64,000 nt of DNA from Selaginella moellendorffii (taxonomy: Eukaryota; Plantae; Lycopodiophyta): the NCBI RefSeq assembly GCF_000143415.4, contig NW_003314295.1:1285923-1349922 (forward strand), written 5' to 3'. A program made the position numbers and the translations under genes. Positions 10,496 through 20,824 of this stretch are shown here, in pieces (within the stretch, counting starts at the first letter, position 1; every line of letters begins with the position of its first letter). The notes beneath the pieces are model-generated. The model worked only from the letters and a program-made list of their open reading frames with translations, was not told the origin of the DNA and ran no database searches.

Positions 10496-11526
10496 ATGGT
10501 TGGAGGTGGAATCAGCCAGAACACGTTTGCAGCACTCGAGAGCCGCCGTCGCAAGAAGAAATCGGACAAGGAGGCGGCTTCGGGCAAGAGCGAGAGGAAG
10601 GAGGAGCCGCCGGCCCAGCAGGTCTGGGCTCCCGTGCCTGTGACCGTCAAGTCGTGGGCGGATGTGGAGGACGACGATGACGACTACTACGAGACTACCG
10701 CGCCGCTGCCACCGACATGGCAAGTCCAGCAGCAGCAGCAGCAACAGCACAGCAAGGAGGAGAAGGAGCTCCTCGAGGTATGAACAAAGTTCTAAACATC
10801 AGTTTTTCGGCTTCGCTGGTTTGATGAATTCTTTTTCCATGTTTAGCTTAGGAAAGTGAGGGTGATGAGGATATAGAAGAGGAGCCAGAGGACGAGGAGG
10901 CGGAGAATGAGGCCTCGGAGGAAGCTCCCGCAGCGGAGTCTGCTTCCAAAGCCTCAGCTGCTGCAGCCGTGGCGCGCGAGCCCGACCGGCAGCTCTCCAA
11001 GAAGGAGCTCAAGAAGAAGGAACTCGCGGAGCTGGACGCCGTTCTAGCCGAGCTCGGCATTCCCAACGAAACAAGTAAGTGATCAAAGCCGCGATTTTTT
11101 TCTACGTCTTTGTTACTGATCTTACGTCGATTTGCAGAAGCTCTGGAGCCGCTTGACGAGGCCAAGGCCGTGGAGGCGAGCGAAGAGACGGGGGAGGCCT
11201 CCAAGGAGGCGAGCAAGTCCGCGAAGAAGAAGAAGCCGAAGAAGGAGAAGTCTTTCAAGGAGGGAGACGTGCCCCCAACGCCGGATGCCGAGGCAAGCAG
11301 TGCTAAGGAAGAGGCGGCGGTGGTGGCGGCGATGGCCGCGGATGGCCAGGTCCAGGATCCAAAGGAGATTGTCAAGAGGCTGGCCTCGATGAAGAAGAAG
11401 AAGTCGGGCAAAGACGGCGACATGGCTGCCAAGGCCGCCGCTGCCGAGGCCGCCGCCAGGGCCGTGAAGCTCGCCGCCGCCAAGAAGAAGGAGAAGCATC
11501 ACTACAATCAACAGCCGGCACGATGA
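10496..11526 (+). CDS. Conserved plant acidic/Lys-rich uncharacterised protein, 3 exons
   Basis: MVGGG..NTFAALESRRRKKK, WAPVPVTVKSWADVEDDDDDYY, RQLSKKELKKKELAELDAVLAELG, C-terminal KKKEKHHYNQQPAR*; introns near 10778-10851 and 11075-11137. Confidence 0.82.
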
Positions 11527-11865
11527 GTTTTTTGAGAGCCGAGAATTCTCTACGATCGCGCAGGTGTTGTCTTCGTTTTCTTTTGTTTCCTTCGTTGTTC
11601 TTCATCGCGGATGATTTCTTCCGCAGTTTCTATACGCAAGGTTTTGTAATAAAGAAAAGTGTAAGCTTGGTTCTATGCTTTCGATCGCTTCCTTCATCTC
11701 TAATATAGTCCCATTGCACTTTTAAACTCGCGATCTCTAGTATAGTCCAGAGCCATTCCACTTTTAATCTCTAGTATACTCCAGAGCAAGAGCCCTAAAA
11801 TTTACCGACGAACACTTTCTATCCTTACCGTCCGTGCGTGATCCAACGGCTGTTAACCGCGCAAA

Positions 11866-11873
11866 CCACGTCA
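11866..11873 (+). promoter_or_regulatory. UPRE-like element CCACGTCA upstream of the ER Hsp70 gene
   Basis: Exact CCACGTCA(T) about 180 bp upstream of the ATG of an ER chaperone; matches the bZIP60-type unfolded-protein-response element. Confidence 0.55.
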
Positions 11874-12052
11874 TAGCCGCCCATGGGGAAATATTTAGGT
11901 CTCGTCTTGGACAGATCGAGGGTTCCAGGGACTGCTGGGAGGAAGCTGGAGCGCTTTGATCGTGGCGCCCGCCGGATGATGCTTGATCGCACCGGGATCG
12001 GCTTTCTCTGAAGCAGGCCTGCAGTCTTCGCCCTAAGGAGCTCGATCGATCG

Positions 12053-14650
12053 ATGCGCGCCATGAGGAATCTGGTGCTGCCCGCGCTCCTCCTCCTCTTC
12101 TCCACGCTCGCGATCGTCCAGGCGGCCGTGTTTAGCGTGGATCTTGGCGCGGAATGGATGAAGGTCGCGGTTGTGGACGTGAAGCCCGGGCAGAGCCCGA
12201 TCGGTGTAGCGCTCAATGAGATGTCCAAGAGGAAATCTTCGTCCGTGGTGGCATTCTCTGGCGGGAACCGGCTCCTGGCCGAGGAGGCCATGGGCATCGC
12301 GGCCAGGTTTCCGGAGAGAGTTTATTCCAGGGTCAGGGACATGGTTGGGAAGCCCAGCGAATCAGTCAAGAGAATCGCGAGCGCCAGCTATCTTCCCTAC
12401 GATTTTGTAGAAGAGAGTCCCCAGGTAACAAGCATTCGTGTAGATAGCCAGGAACTATATAGATTAGAGGAGCTTCTGGGGATGATACTTGGCTACTGCC
12501 GTGGATTGGCCGAGGCTAACGTCAAGGCTACCGTGAAGGACGCGGTCATCACTGTGCCACCTTACTTTGGTCAGTCCGAGAGACAAGCAGTGATAGCAGC
12601 AGCCCAGGCTGCTGGGATCAACGTCTTGTCTCTCATGAACGAGCACGCTGCAGCGGCCCTCCAGTATGGTATTGACAAGGATTTCTCGACCGAGCCCAGA
12701 TACGTTCTCTTCTACGACATGGGAGCCAACAGTGCTTTCGCTGCGGTGGTTCTCTTCTCCTCGTACTCTGCGAAGGAGTATGGGAAGAATGTATCACACA
12801 ACTACTTCGAGCTCAAAGGCATCAGGTGGGACGCGGAGATTGGCGGCCAGAACTTGGAACTGCGGCTGGTGGAGCACTTTGCGAAGGAGTTTGAGAAGAA
12901 GACGGGCGTGGACGTGAGGGCGTTTCCCAAGGCCGTGGCCAAGTTGAAGAAGCAGGCCAAGCGTGCAAAGGAGATTCTGAGTGCCAACACTGAAGCGAGC
13001 TTCTTTGTGGACTCCCTCCACGACGATCAGGACTTTAAGAGCCACATCACGAGGCAGGCATTTGAGGAGCTGTGTAGTGATCTGTGGGAGCGGGCTGTCA
13101 TACCGTTGCAGAAGGTTTTAGAGGACGTTGGAATGACTTCCGAGCAACTCTACGCTGTGGAGCTTCTAGGTGGTGGGACTCGCGTGCCGAAGCTGCAACA
13201 GGTCCTCGCTCAGGCTCTGGGAAAGAAGCCTCTCGAGAGACATCTCGATGCGGACGAAGCTATCACCTTGGGGGCCGCGTTGTATGCGGCGAACATCAGC
13301 GACGGAATCAAGCTAAACAGGAAGATAGGGATGTTTGATGGAGCTTCCTATGGTGTCGTCCTGAAAGTGAACGATGACGGGCCATATGAGCTGGTGGTTC
13401 CAAGGCTGAGGCGGATTCCAGTCAAGTTGGCGAGAGCTGTGAAGCAGCAGGAGGACTATGAGCTTTTTCTGCACTACGATCCAGAGGGAGAGCTGCCGCC
13501 GGGGATCATTGATCGGGAAATAGCGGCGTTCAAGATCTCCGGTGTGACGGACTCGGTCGCGAAGTACTCGTCTTACAACCTCTCGGCTCCCATCAAGAGT
13601 GTGCTCCACTTCGCCTTGTCTCGAAGCGGGGTGCTTTCCTTGGATCGCGCCGAGACCGTCGTGGAATTTACCGAGTTGGTCGAGGTGCCTGTCAACGTCA
13701 GTACCAACGCTACTACCACTCTGGAGAGCACCTCCAATGCGTCTGTCGCGGAGAACGTGACTCAGGCTCCCGTCGAAACAATCATGGAGAAGAAGCTGAA
13801 GAAGAAGACGATCCGGATTCCTTCGAAACTCGAGGTTCTCCGGGACACTGGTGCTTACTCGGAGGATCAAGTGGCGCAGTTCCGTAGCAGGCTCGACAGG
13901 CTCAAGGAGCTCGACGACGAGAAGCGGCAGACTGAAGAGGCAAAGAACAACCTCGAGTCGTACATCTACACGACCAAGGAGATGCTTGACACAATCAAGG
14001 ATCTGTCCAAGGTATCCACTGAGAAGCAGCGGCAGGAGTTCCTGGCGAGGCTGGACGAGGCTGGCGAGTGGCTCTACTCGGATGGGGAGGCCGCGACGGC
14101 GTCGGAGTTTAAGAAGCGGCTGGGAGAGCTCAAGGCGATTGGCGATCCCATCTTCTTCAGGCTGGAGCAGCTCACGGCGAGGCCAGCGGCGATGGAAGCC
14201 GCGCGGGGCTCGTTGGTGGAGTCCGAGGCGGCCATCCACGAGTGGAAGGAGAAGAAGCCGTGGATCTCCAACGCGGAGGTGCGAAAAGAGGGCCAGAAGC
14301 TGGTGGACTGGATCGAGGCCAAGGAGTCCGAGCAGGCGAAGGTGGCGGATCACGAGCAGCCGGCATTCTCGTCGACCGAGGTGTACGCCAGGATCGAGAA
14401 GTTTAGAGCGCTGGTTGCCAGGACTGGCGCGCAGAAGGCACCAAAGCCACCAAAGATCGAGGAGGTGGTGAAGAACGATGCTGGATCCGAGGAGCCAAAG
14501 GTTGGAGAGGAAAATCCAGGAGCGAGCAGCGGTGGTGGTGACAGTAACTCGGGATCGACACAAGAGGAGGAGAGGAAGATCGAGAGCCCGGATCAAGCGC
14601 AAGCGTTTGAGGATGAATCTTCGACTACTCCACTCCGGGACGAGCTCTAG
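12053..14650 (+). CDS. HSP70-17: ER-luminal Hsp70-like nucleotide exchange factor (GRP170/HYOU1, Hsp70-17 type), single exon
   Basis: Signal peptide, SVDLGAEWMKVAVV, NEMSKRKS, DAVITVPPYFGQSER, LLGGGTRVPKLQ, LDADEA and C-terminal RDEL retention signal; 865 aa uninterrupted. Confidence 0.95.
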   Translation: MRAMRNLVLPALLLLFSTLAIVQAAVFSVDLGAEWMKVAVVDVKPGQSPIGVALNEMSKRKSSSVVAFSGGNRLLAEEAMGIAARFPERVYSRVRDMVGKPSESVKRIASASYLPYDFVEESPQVTSIRVDSQELYRLEELLGMILGYCRGLAEANVKATVKDAVITVPPYFGQSERQAVIAAAQAAGINVLSLMNEHAAAALQYGIDKDFSTEPRYVLFYDMGANSAFAAVVLFSSYSAKEYGKNVSHNYFELKGIRWDAEIGGQNLELRLVEHFAKEFEKKTGVDVRAFPKAVAKLKKQAKRAKEILSANTEASFFVDSLHDDQDFKSHITRQAFEELCSDLWERAVIPLQKVLEDVGMTSEQLYAVELLGGGTRVPKLQQVLAQALGKKPLERHLDADEAITLGAALYAANISDGIKLNRKIGMFDGASYGVVLKVNDDGPYELVVPRLRRIPVKLARAVKQQEDYELFLHYDPEGELPPGIIDREIAAFKISGVTDSVAKYSSYNLSAPIKSVLHFALSRSGVLSLDRAETVVEFTELVEVPVNVSTNATTTLESTSNASVAENVTQAPVETIMEKKLKKKTIRIPSKLEVLRDTGAYSEDQVAQFRSRLDRLKELDDEKRQTEEAKNNLESYIYTTKEMLDTIKDLSKVSTEKQRQEFLARLDEAGEWLYSDGEAATASEFKKRLGELKAIGDPIFFRLEQLTARPAAMEAARGSLVESEAAIHEWKEKKPWISNAEVRKEGQKLVDWIEAKESEQAKVADHEQPAFSSTEVYARIEKFRALVARTGAQKAPKPPKIEEVVKNDAGSEEPKVGEENPGASSGGGDSNSGSTQEEERKIESPDQAQAFEDESSTTPLRDEL

Positions 14651-14998
14651 CTAGCCACATTGTTTTCATTTTGTTTGTCCTACAGTAAGAAGTGATATAC
14701 AGATATTTTCTATAAAGTATCATCCATGGAGTGATATACAAATCTTTTTTCCAAAACGAAACGTTTGTGATTTGATGATATCGTCTTTGCAGCTCGCAAA
14801 GTATAGCTGCTACATACATACACACTTTCCAGGAATTATTACGACGAGGAATGCCTGTATAGTAATGTTTTCTCCATTTTTTTTGGTTTGTTTTCGGATC
14901 TTTGCTCACACACCACAACCACCCATGATATTAAGAGTGCCAAACCTCTTTCTTTCCAGACAGAAAGATTGTATCGTGGCACGGAGCCGGGCTCTCAC

Positions 14999-15485
14999 TC
15001 ACTTCCCGCCGAAGAGATAGCCGAGCGAAGAACCACCGCCGGGAGCCGAGTGGACTTTGGTCGATGGGCGGTCCTGTTAGAACAAGAACACGGTAGGAAT
15101 GTTTTAGTTCTTCCATCGGTGGAACAGATCGAGAAAGAAGAGAGAAAATGGTCCGAGATGGTCTTACCGTGATGAAGTTGCCAGTGTTTTGGCCATCAGC
15201 GCGGTGGTAATTGTTGTTGTTCCTGCCTAGCTTGACAACACCAGCGTCGCCATTCTCTTCGTGCTTGCAAGCGGCCGGGGCATGCGTGGGCGTTGGAGTG
15301 GGATGATTTCTCGAAATGCCGGCTGGAGGCGGCGTCGCGGCAGCAGCGGCGGCGGCGGCAGCGGCGGGAGGTTGCTGCTGCGGCGGAGGCGGGGCCGAAG
15401 GTCTGGAGCACTTGGCCGGCTCGTCAGATCCAAACAAGTAGCCCAGGGAGCTCTGCCCTCCACCACTGCTCACACCGCGACCCAT
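14999..15485 (-). CDS. SP1L: SPIRAL1-like microtubule-associated protein, 2 coding exons
   Basis: MGRGVSSGGGQSSLGYLFG ... NNNYHRADGQNTGNFIT | DRPSTKVHSAPGGGSSLGYLFGGK*. Confidence 0.93.
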
Positions 15486-15866
15486 TGTCGAGCGAGGGAG
15501 ATCTGCGAAACCCTAGAGAGACCGGCCCTAAAATCAGATCGGCGCGGCCGCGGCGACGATGATGCAGGCAAGCAACAGTATAGCAACAGTGCAAGAAGAT
15601 CCTCCACACAATGCAGGCAAGGCAAGCGAGAAATTTTCACGAACCTGGGGAAACTCCCGCAAATCTAGCCGCGATGGATCGAATCGGCGCCCGAGCTAAG
15701 AGAGATAGCAGATCTGGCGACGGCGCTGCGCGATCTACTAGGCAAGAAGAAGAGCACGACAGACCATTCTTTTTTCTTTCCCCAAAAACCCTAGAGAACG
15801 AATGCCAAGCCCTCTTCTCTCTCTCTCGCCCTAGCCTAGAGAGCTTTGGAGAAGCCCTGTGAGAAA

Positions 15867-15901
15867 CCTCTCTCTCTCTCTCTCTCTCGCTCTCTCTCTC
15901 C
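15867..15901. repeat. (CT)n/GAGA microsatellite upstream of the SPIRAL1-like gene
   Basis: ctctctctctctctctctctcgctctctctctc run. Confidence 0.85.
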
Positions 15902-16215
15902 CTCCAAATGAGAGAACGTGACAGGCGCTAGGTAACCGTTGATGCGGATGGTGGGCTCCTCTCTCTCACTTTTTTTTTTCTAGCCACTCTGGTGCCGGCC
16001 GGCAGTGCCCATTCCGTGGCACGAGCGGTACCGTCGGATGGAGTGCATCGTGCGGCTCGTGCGCTTCCGGCAATTGTCGGTGTGCCCGTACTACTGACGA
16101 ATAGGAAATGTTACGGCGACAGTTCATCGAAAAGGAAAGTTTACAAATAAATATATGGCCCCCGCGGGTGTCGAACTTGCAACCTCCATGAGAACATTCT
16201 CCTGGATATTCGCGT

Positions 16216-17186
16216 TTAAGCTCTAAGCGGTTTTAACCCCTTGAAAGAACAAAGAACAAAGAGTTAGACGAGAGCTCTTCCAGATTGAGATTTCTTACCC
16301 GTGACGCTCGAATCTCGTTCACAGCGACGAGCAGCGAGTTGTCCGAGGTAATAACTTTCGAGAGTAATCCCGTGCTGAGCCTGATCTTGCAACAAAATTT
16401 ACTCAAAACCTTGCTGGGACTCTTCTGTGTTTTTACCCGAGTTTTTCTGCGGCGATTGACACCGAGCCACCCACGGAATCGATCAAGTCCAGAAGAAGCT
16501 GCAATCCCTGTCATTGACGAGGAGCAACTCGTGAAGAGTTCTCTCTCGAGAAAAATAGAATAGAACTCTCCCAACTTACCAAGAGATAGTCTGGATGATT
16601 AGGACCCAGTTGCCTGGAAGACTTCCTCGTCTCTTTCAAAGGAAGAATCTGGGCGAGCTCCGGCGCTACCACGTACCCCTCCAAGTTCACGGGGTTTCTC
16701 ACTGCAAAGCATAAAACGTTAGACAATCTCGAGAAAAACCAACGAACTTACACGTTTGATTGCGATCGTGTGCCTGAGACGCTGCACAGCGGAGTCGCGA
16801 TTCCTATGCTGCGAACGATCCTCACTAGCCTGGGAGTACAACACATCAACAAAGAAATAGTCGTGAAGAAGTGTTGCTGGTATTTACTTTACCTGAGAAA
16901 CCAGGCCAGTCGGGAGGTGTTTGAGCCTTACTGCGCTCTCCGTCTTGTTGCGATGCTGGCCGCCGGGGCCTGTTGCTCGAAATGTATCCATTTTGCACTG
17001 TGCCACTAAATCCCTCTCGCTCATTCTCAGATAAGCGATGCTCGTCGCCGCGGAATTGCTCTCGACATCACCATCACCCTCACCTATTTGGGGTGTTGGG
17101 AATGCGGCAAATTTTGCCACAGGAATTCGACGCTGCAGCATCCCCCATGGCGCAAGTACCCTCGTAGAACAAACCCTAGCGGCCAT
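16216..17186 (-). CDS. Short class-I peptide chain release factor domain protein (GGQ), probably organellar
   Basis: Transit-like N-terminus, [65 protein letters not shown], last exon GLKPLRA*. Confidence 0.88.
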
Positions 17187-17913
17187 CTGAATTTCTTCTA
17201 TGCCATCGCTATACTTATAAAGAAGGTAGAAATTTTCAGATAAAAAGATTTATATTTTTTATTTTATTATAATTGGTATTACGATCATATGTTGATCAAT
17301 TTCTACTATCAAGATTTAAAGTTCATAATATTCATAGCTTGTTTTCCTATGCTTTATAATTTTTTATTAAAAAACTTCTTGCAAATTTTTTAAATATCTT
17401 TTCTTGAATGTAAGTTATATTACGCCAAATTAATCCTCAAAAACATTGAAAGAAGTGGAAGATGAACTTTAAATGCTCTCATCCGCGACTTTGCAACCGT
17501 GGTACCCCCCTCGGGAACCGCGGAATTACACCTTGGTAGACTGTGAATGCCGCAAACGGGCATTTGCGCGGAGACGAGGAGGCCATACAAGCGCCGAGTG
17601 AATGAAGAACGAAATAAAGGGAAAGTGGAGTGAATGAATGAGACGACTAGAAACCTTCTTGCACTCGTCCTCCTCATGAGCTTGGATAAAAAAAAGCTGT
17701 GTTCTTCGAGTCAAAACAATTCAAGGATATGGAATGGAGGATTAAGAACGAAATAGATATTTGCTAACTTACTAAACAGCTGTTGCACACAAACCCCAAC
17801 ACCCCACACGTTTTGATACAGTAAGCTGAGCCGTTGAACAAAAGGTTTGATGTTTAGTTCCACGCGATTAAGGCTTCGTTCTAGAGCAGCTTACCTCCAA
17901 GTTCTCTAAATCG

Positions 17914-18816
17914 CTACTCCTCCAAGTTCTCTTTTAGCTTGTTCTTATACCACTTGAGCACTTGGCCCAAAAATACTTTTGCTTCCAGGATAGCACTCTC
18001 AAGCTCACTGGTACTTCTGCCATTCTCCTCTTCCAAAAACCGTTCAATCTCACTTGTTAGTTGCAACTTGAGAGTGTAGTCTGCTACTGACAACTTGATC
18101 ATCTCTGGTGGCTTCAGAGCAAGCATTTCTTGAGGCTTCACTGTGTCATACTTGTAGAGAGCCATAGCATTAACACCTCCAACACACAGACCTTTGATCT
18201 TACTAAGATAATGCTGAAAACCCTGCCTGCTTCCCTCAATCCCTGCCTGTTTCTCAAATGCAACAGTTGCTGCATCCAAGAGAACATTTACCTTGTCAAA
18301 ATTTTCTCCCTGCCTCTCAACGTGATGGAAAAATCCTGAAAATGAAATGAGGTCCTGCTGGAGTTTCTTCATGACTTGCTTAGTTCCTTGCAACTCTTTC
18401 CTGCTAACCACGAACTTCTGCCCTTTGACTGCGAGTTTTGCAGACAGCGCATCAAGCACAACTTCTTGAAGCTTCCAATCCATGGTCTTCATAGCCACAT
18501 CCAAAACACCTGCTGCACACTGGCATCTCGTAATCCCCCTAGAAGAAAAGACAAGAGGCTCCATAGCTGATATTCTCGCCTCCAAGCGTGCAATCTGCTG
18601 TGTGAGCAATGTAAACCTTGCCTCCGTCCTTGCATCTTGACCCACACAAGCACATATGTGAGAAAACTCTTCAGGATGTCTGCTACGAGAAGAAGCTTCA
18701 TGCCGGCTACATTTTCTCGCTTTTTCTTCGTTGTCCCAGTGACTGCGCTTCCCAAGTTGCTCACCCTTCTGCAACTCACCTAGATGCGCCAGTTTTGGCG
18801 TTGCATCAGAAGTCAT
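17914..18816 (-). CDS. Hypothetical 300-aa helical/coiled-coil protein, single exon
   Basis: ATG-initiated 903-bp ORF with protein-like composition; no family recognised. Confidence 0.6.
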   Translation of the reverse strand: MTSDATPKLAHLGELQKGEQLGKRSHWDNEEKARKCSRHEASSRSRHPEEFSHICACVGQDARTEARFTLLTQQIARLEARISAMEPLVFSSRGITRCQCAAGVLDVAMKTMDWKLQEVVLDALSAKLAVKGQKFVVSRKELQGTKQVMKKLQQDLISFSGFFHHVERQGENFDKVNVLLDAATVAFEKQAGIEGSRQGFQHYLSKIKGLCVGGVNAMALYKYDTVKPQEMLALKPPEMIKLSVADYTLKLQLTSEIERFLEEENGRSTSELESAILEAKVFLGQVLKWYKNKLKENLEE

Positions 18817-18929
18817 TGCTAAGCCCTAATGCTTGTGTAGCCCTTTTTGTGCTCGTGCCCGTAAAGGAAAACAAAACCTTAAACTGATTGCCTTAAAGAT
18901 ATCATTTTATACTTATCTTTTAAAGGCTA

Positions 18930-20170
18930 CCAGTGGGCCCCACTGTTGGTCCCGACTGCGTTCAGCAGGATCCCGACCACCACAGGATCCCGACCGCCAC
19001 CGAACGCAGTCGGCCGAATGCAATTCCATTCAGTTGGCAATTCTAATGGCAATTGTGCTCGCAAGAACTAGATTTCAGATGCTACTGCATTGCCATTGCA
19101 TCTCCACTGCTTTGCTAGTTCTCCTGCTGCTATGGAGCAATCCATCCACAAATGCCCAACCTAGCAAGCCTACATCAAATCTGACCAAAAGGGCTATAGG
19201 AGCTGCGTGTGTACCGAGCTCTCTAGGGCAACACTCTTCAATCAGTTAGCCTTTGCTTTCGATTGAGTGTGGAGTAGCTCACTGAGGCCTCACAAATCAC
19301 CCAGTGTGTGATGCTTGAATCATAATTGCCATAAAATGAAAATTACGATTCTAGTGATTTTAGCAATTTGATTCTAGTGATTCTGGCATAGTTGAGTAAT
19401 GGTGCCTGATTGGGCATAGTCCCATGTTGTCAAACTCACTCCTTATGCTTCTAGCAAAGGAATTAGGCATTGAAAATGTAATTATTGTGGAAAAATGTAT
19501 AGCAGTCGAAACAAATTAAAATGGATCTTGTTAAAAATTTTAAGCATAACATTGAAGCATATAGTGTTTCAAACATTCTTCTTCATATTCAAAACTAAGT
19601 TTACCAAATGTTTGTAAAACAAATCATAAATACCTTTTTGTCTTTACCTTCTATAGCAATATGAGATGCATAAACTCAAAAAGTTAACATTTCATGTGTG
19701 TTAGGTTAAGGAGTGTACTCTTCTCCATGTAATCAAAATTGGAGTAAATGACACAATTGCTTACTTTTGGAGAACGTGGAAAAAGTTGATTTATATGCAA
19801 AATAATACCAAAGTGGTGGATTGTGTTGAAAGTGAAGGAATGAAATTTTTAGAGATCTATCTTGACACAATTGCAATTAAATCACAATAAATGAGGATTA
19901 TAAAGATGCAAATTAGGCTTGAATCTTTTGGTATAAAGGATTTAGCCGAAAAAAATCTTCTAAATGAGGGTGTCATTATTGAGGAAAATGCTAGAGATTT
20001 TTAAAAAATTGCTCAAAATGTTGAAGAAAATGAATAGTAGTTTGGTTTAATGCTTTGGTTTTTTACTTTTATTAGTTTAGTTTTACTAAAAAATTAAATT
20101 TTTTTATCAAAAAAAATTTGTAAACCGTTCGGCAATTCGACACTTTCACGGCCAGTTGCCGTTCAGAACT
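18930..20170 (+). mobile_element. Degenerate, internally deleted hAT-type DNA transposon remnant
   Basis: 19411-19510 reads WA*SHVVKL...RH*KCNYCGKMYSSR (BED zinc-finger relic). About 19720-19810 reads SSPCNQNWSK...KLIYMQNN (hAT dimerisation relic, cf. SSS.CERNWS...KLVY). AT-rich; ends uncertain. Confidence 0.55.
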
Positions 20171-20187
20171 ATTAAGATCAATCTTAG

Positions 20188-20820
20188 TTACCACTTTATA
20201 TTTGAACTTTTAAAGAAGAAAATACAAAAAAGTAAAAATTAAAAAATATTTTATTTAATTGTTGGCCGATATTAAGCCTCCATCTTTTGCTTAAAAACAT
20301 TACAAACTTTGCAAAAGAATAACTTATTTATTTATGTTTAAAATAAATAAAATGCATAAGCTCCTAAAACTCCATCATTTACTTTAAAAAATTACTAATA
20401 TTTGTAAAGGAATAACTTATTTGTTTGTGTTCAAAATAAATAAAATGTATAAATTCCCAAAATATACAATGTTAACAACATTGTTTTTGGACGTGTTAGT
20501 TCTTTTAGCTCATGTAACCCTGATGATCGCTCGTGCTCATGTAAAATGCGTTATGAAAGTAAAATTTTAAATTGATTACTTTAAAAATACTACTTTATAT
20601 TTGATTTTTTAAAGGTTACCACTTTATACTTGAGCTTTTAAAAGCTAAAACAATGAACAAACAAAATAAAATTAAAAAATTAAAAATTAAAAACTCTTTT
20701 TGTTTAGTTGCTGGCAGATGTTGAAACCCTCTATTCTTTGTTTAAAAAAATTATCTGACTTTACAAAAGAATGATCTACTTATTTGTGTTCAAAATAAAT
20801 AAGCTCCTGAAATATACAAA
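20188..20820. repeat. Degenerate AT-rich direct duplication (~20188-20370 and ~20616-20820)
   Basis: Both start gttaccactttata(t/c)ttga(a/g)cttttaaa and end aaaataaat..aagctcct; a third partial copy lies near 20400-20470. Confidence 0.65.
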
Positions 20821-20824
20821 GGCT

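Noticed and set aside
13313-14602. 429-aa antisense ORF inside the Hsp70 gene (likewise 9022-10008, 48898-49941, 40199-40801, 54624-55334)
   Set aside because: Shadow ORFs produced by GC-rich codon usage of the real gene on the other strand; translations have no protein-like motifs.
16157-16230. tRNA-like GTTGCAAGTTCGACACCCGCGGGGGCCA on the minus strand
   Set aside because: The T-stem does not pair and no D-arm or anticodon arm can be built; it overlaps the release-factor 3' end.
17420-17714. GC-rich stretch as an ncRNA or small gene
   Set aside because: No recognisable RNA family motif or convincing ORF; more likely 3' UTR/intron sequence of the 17914-18816 gene.
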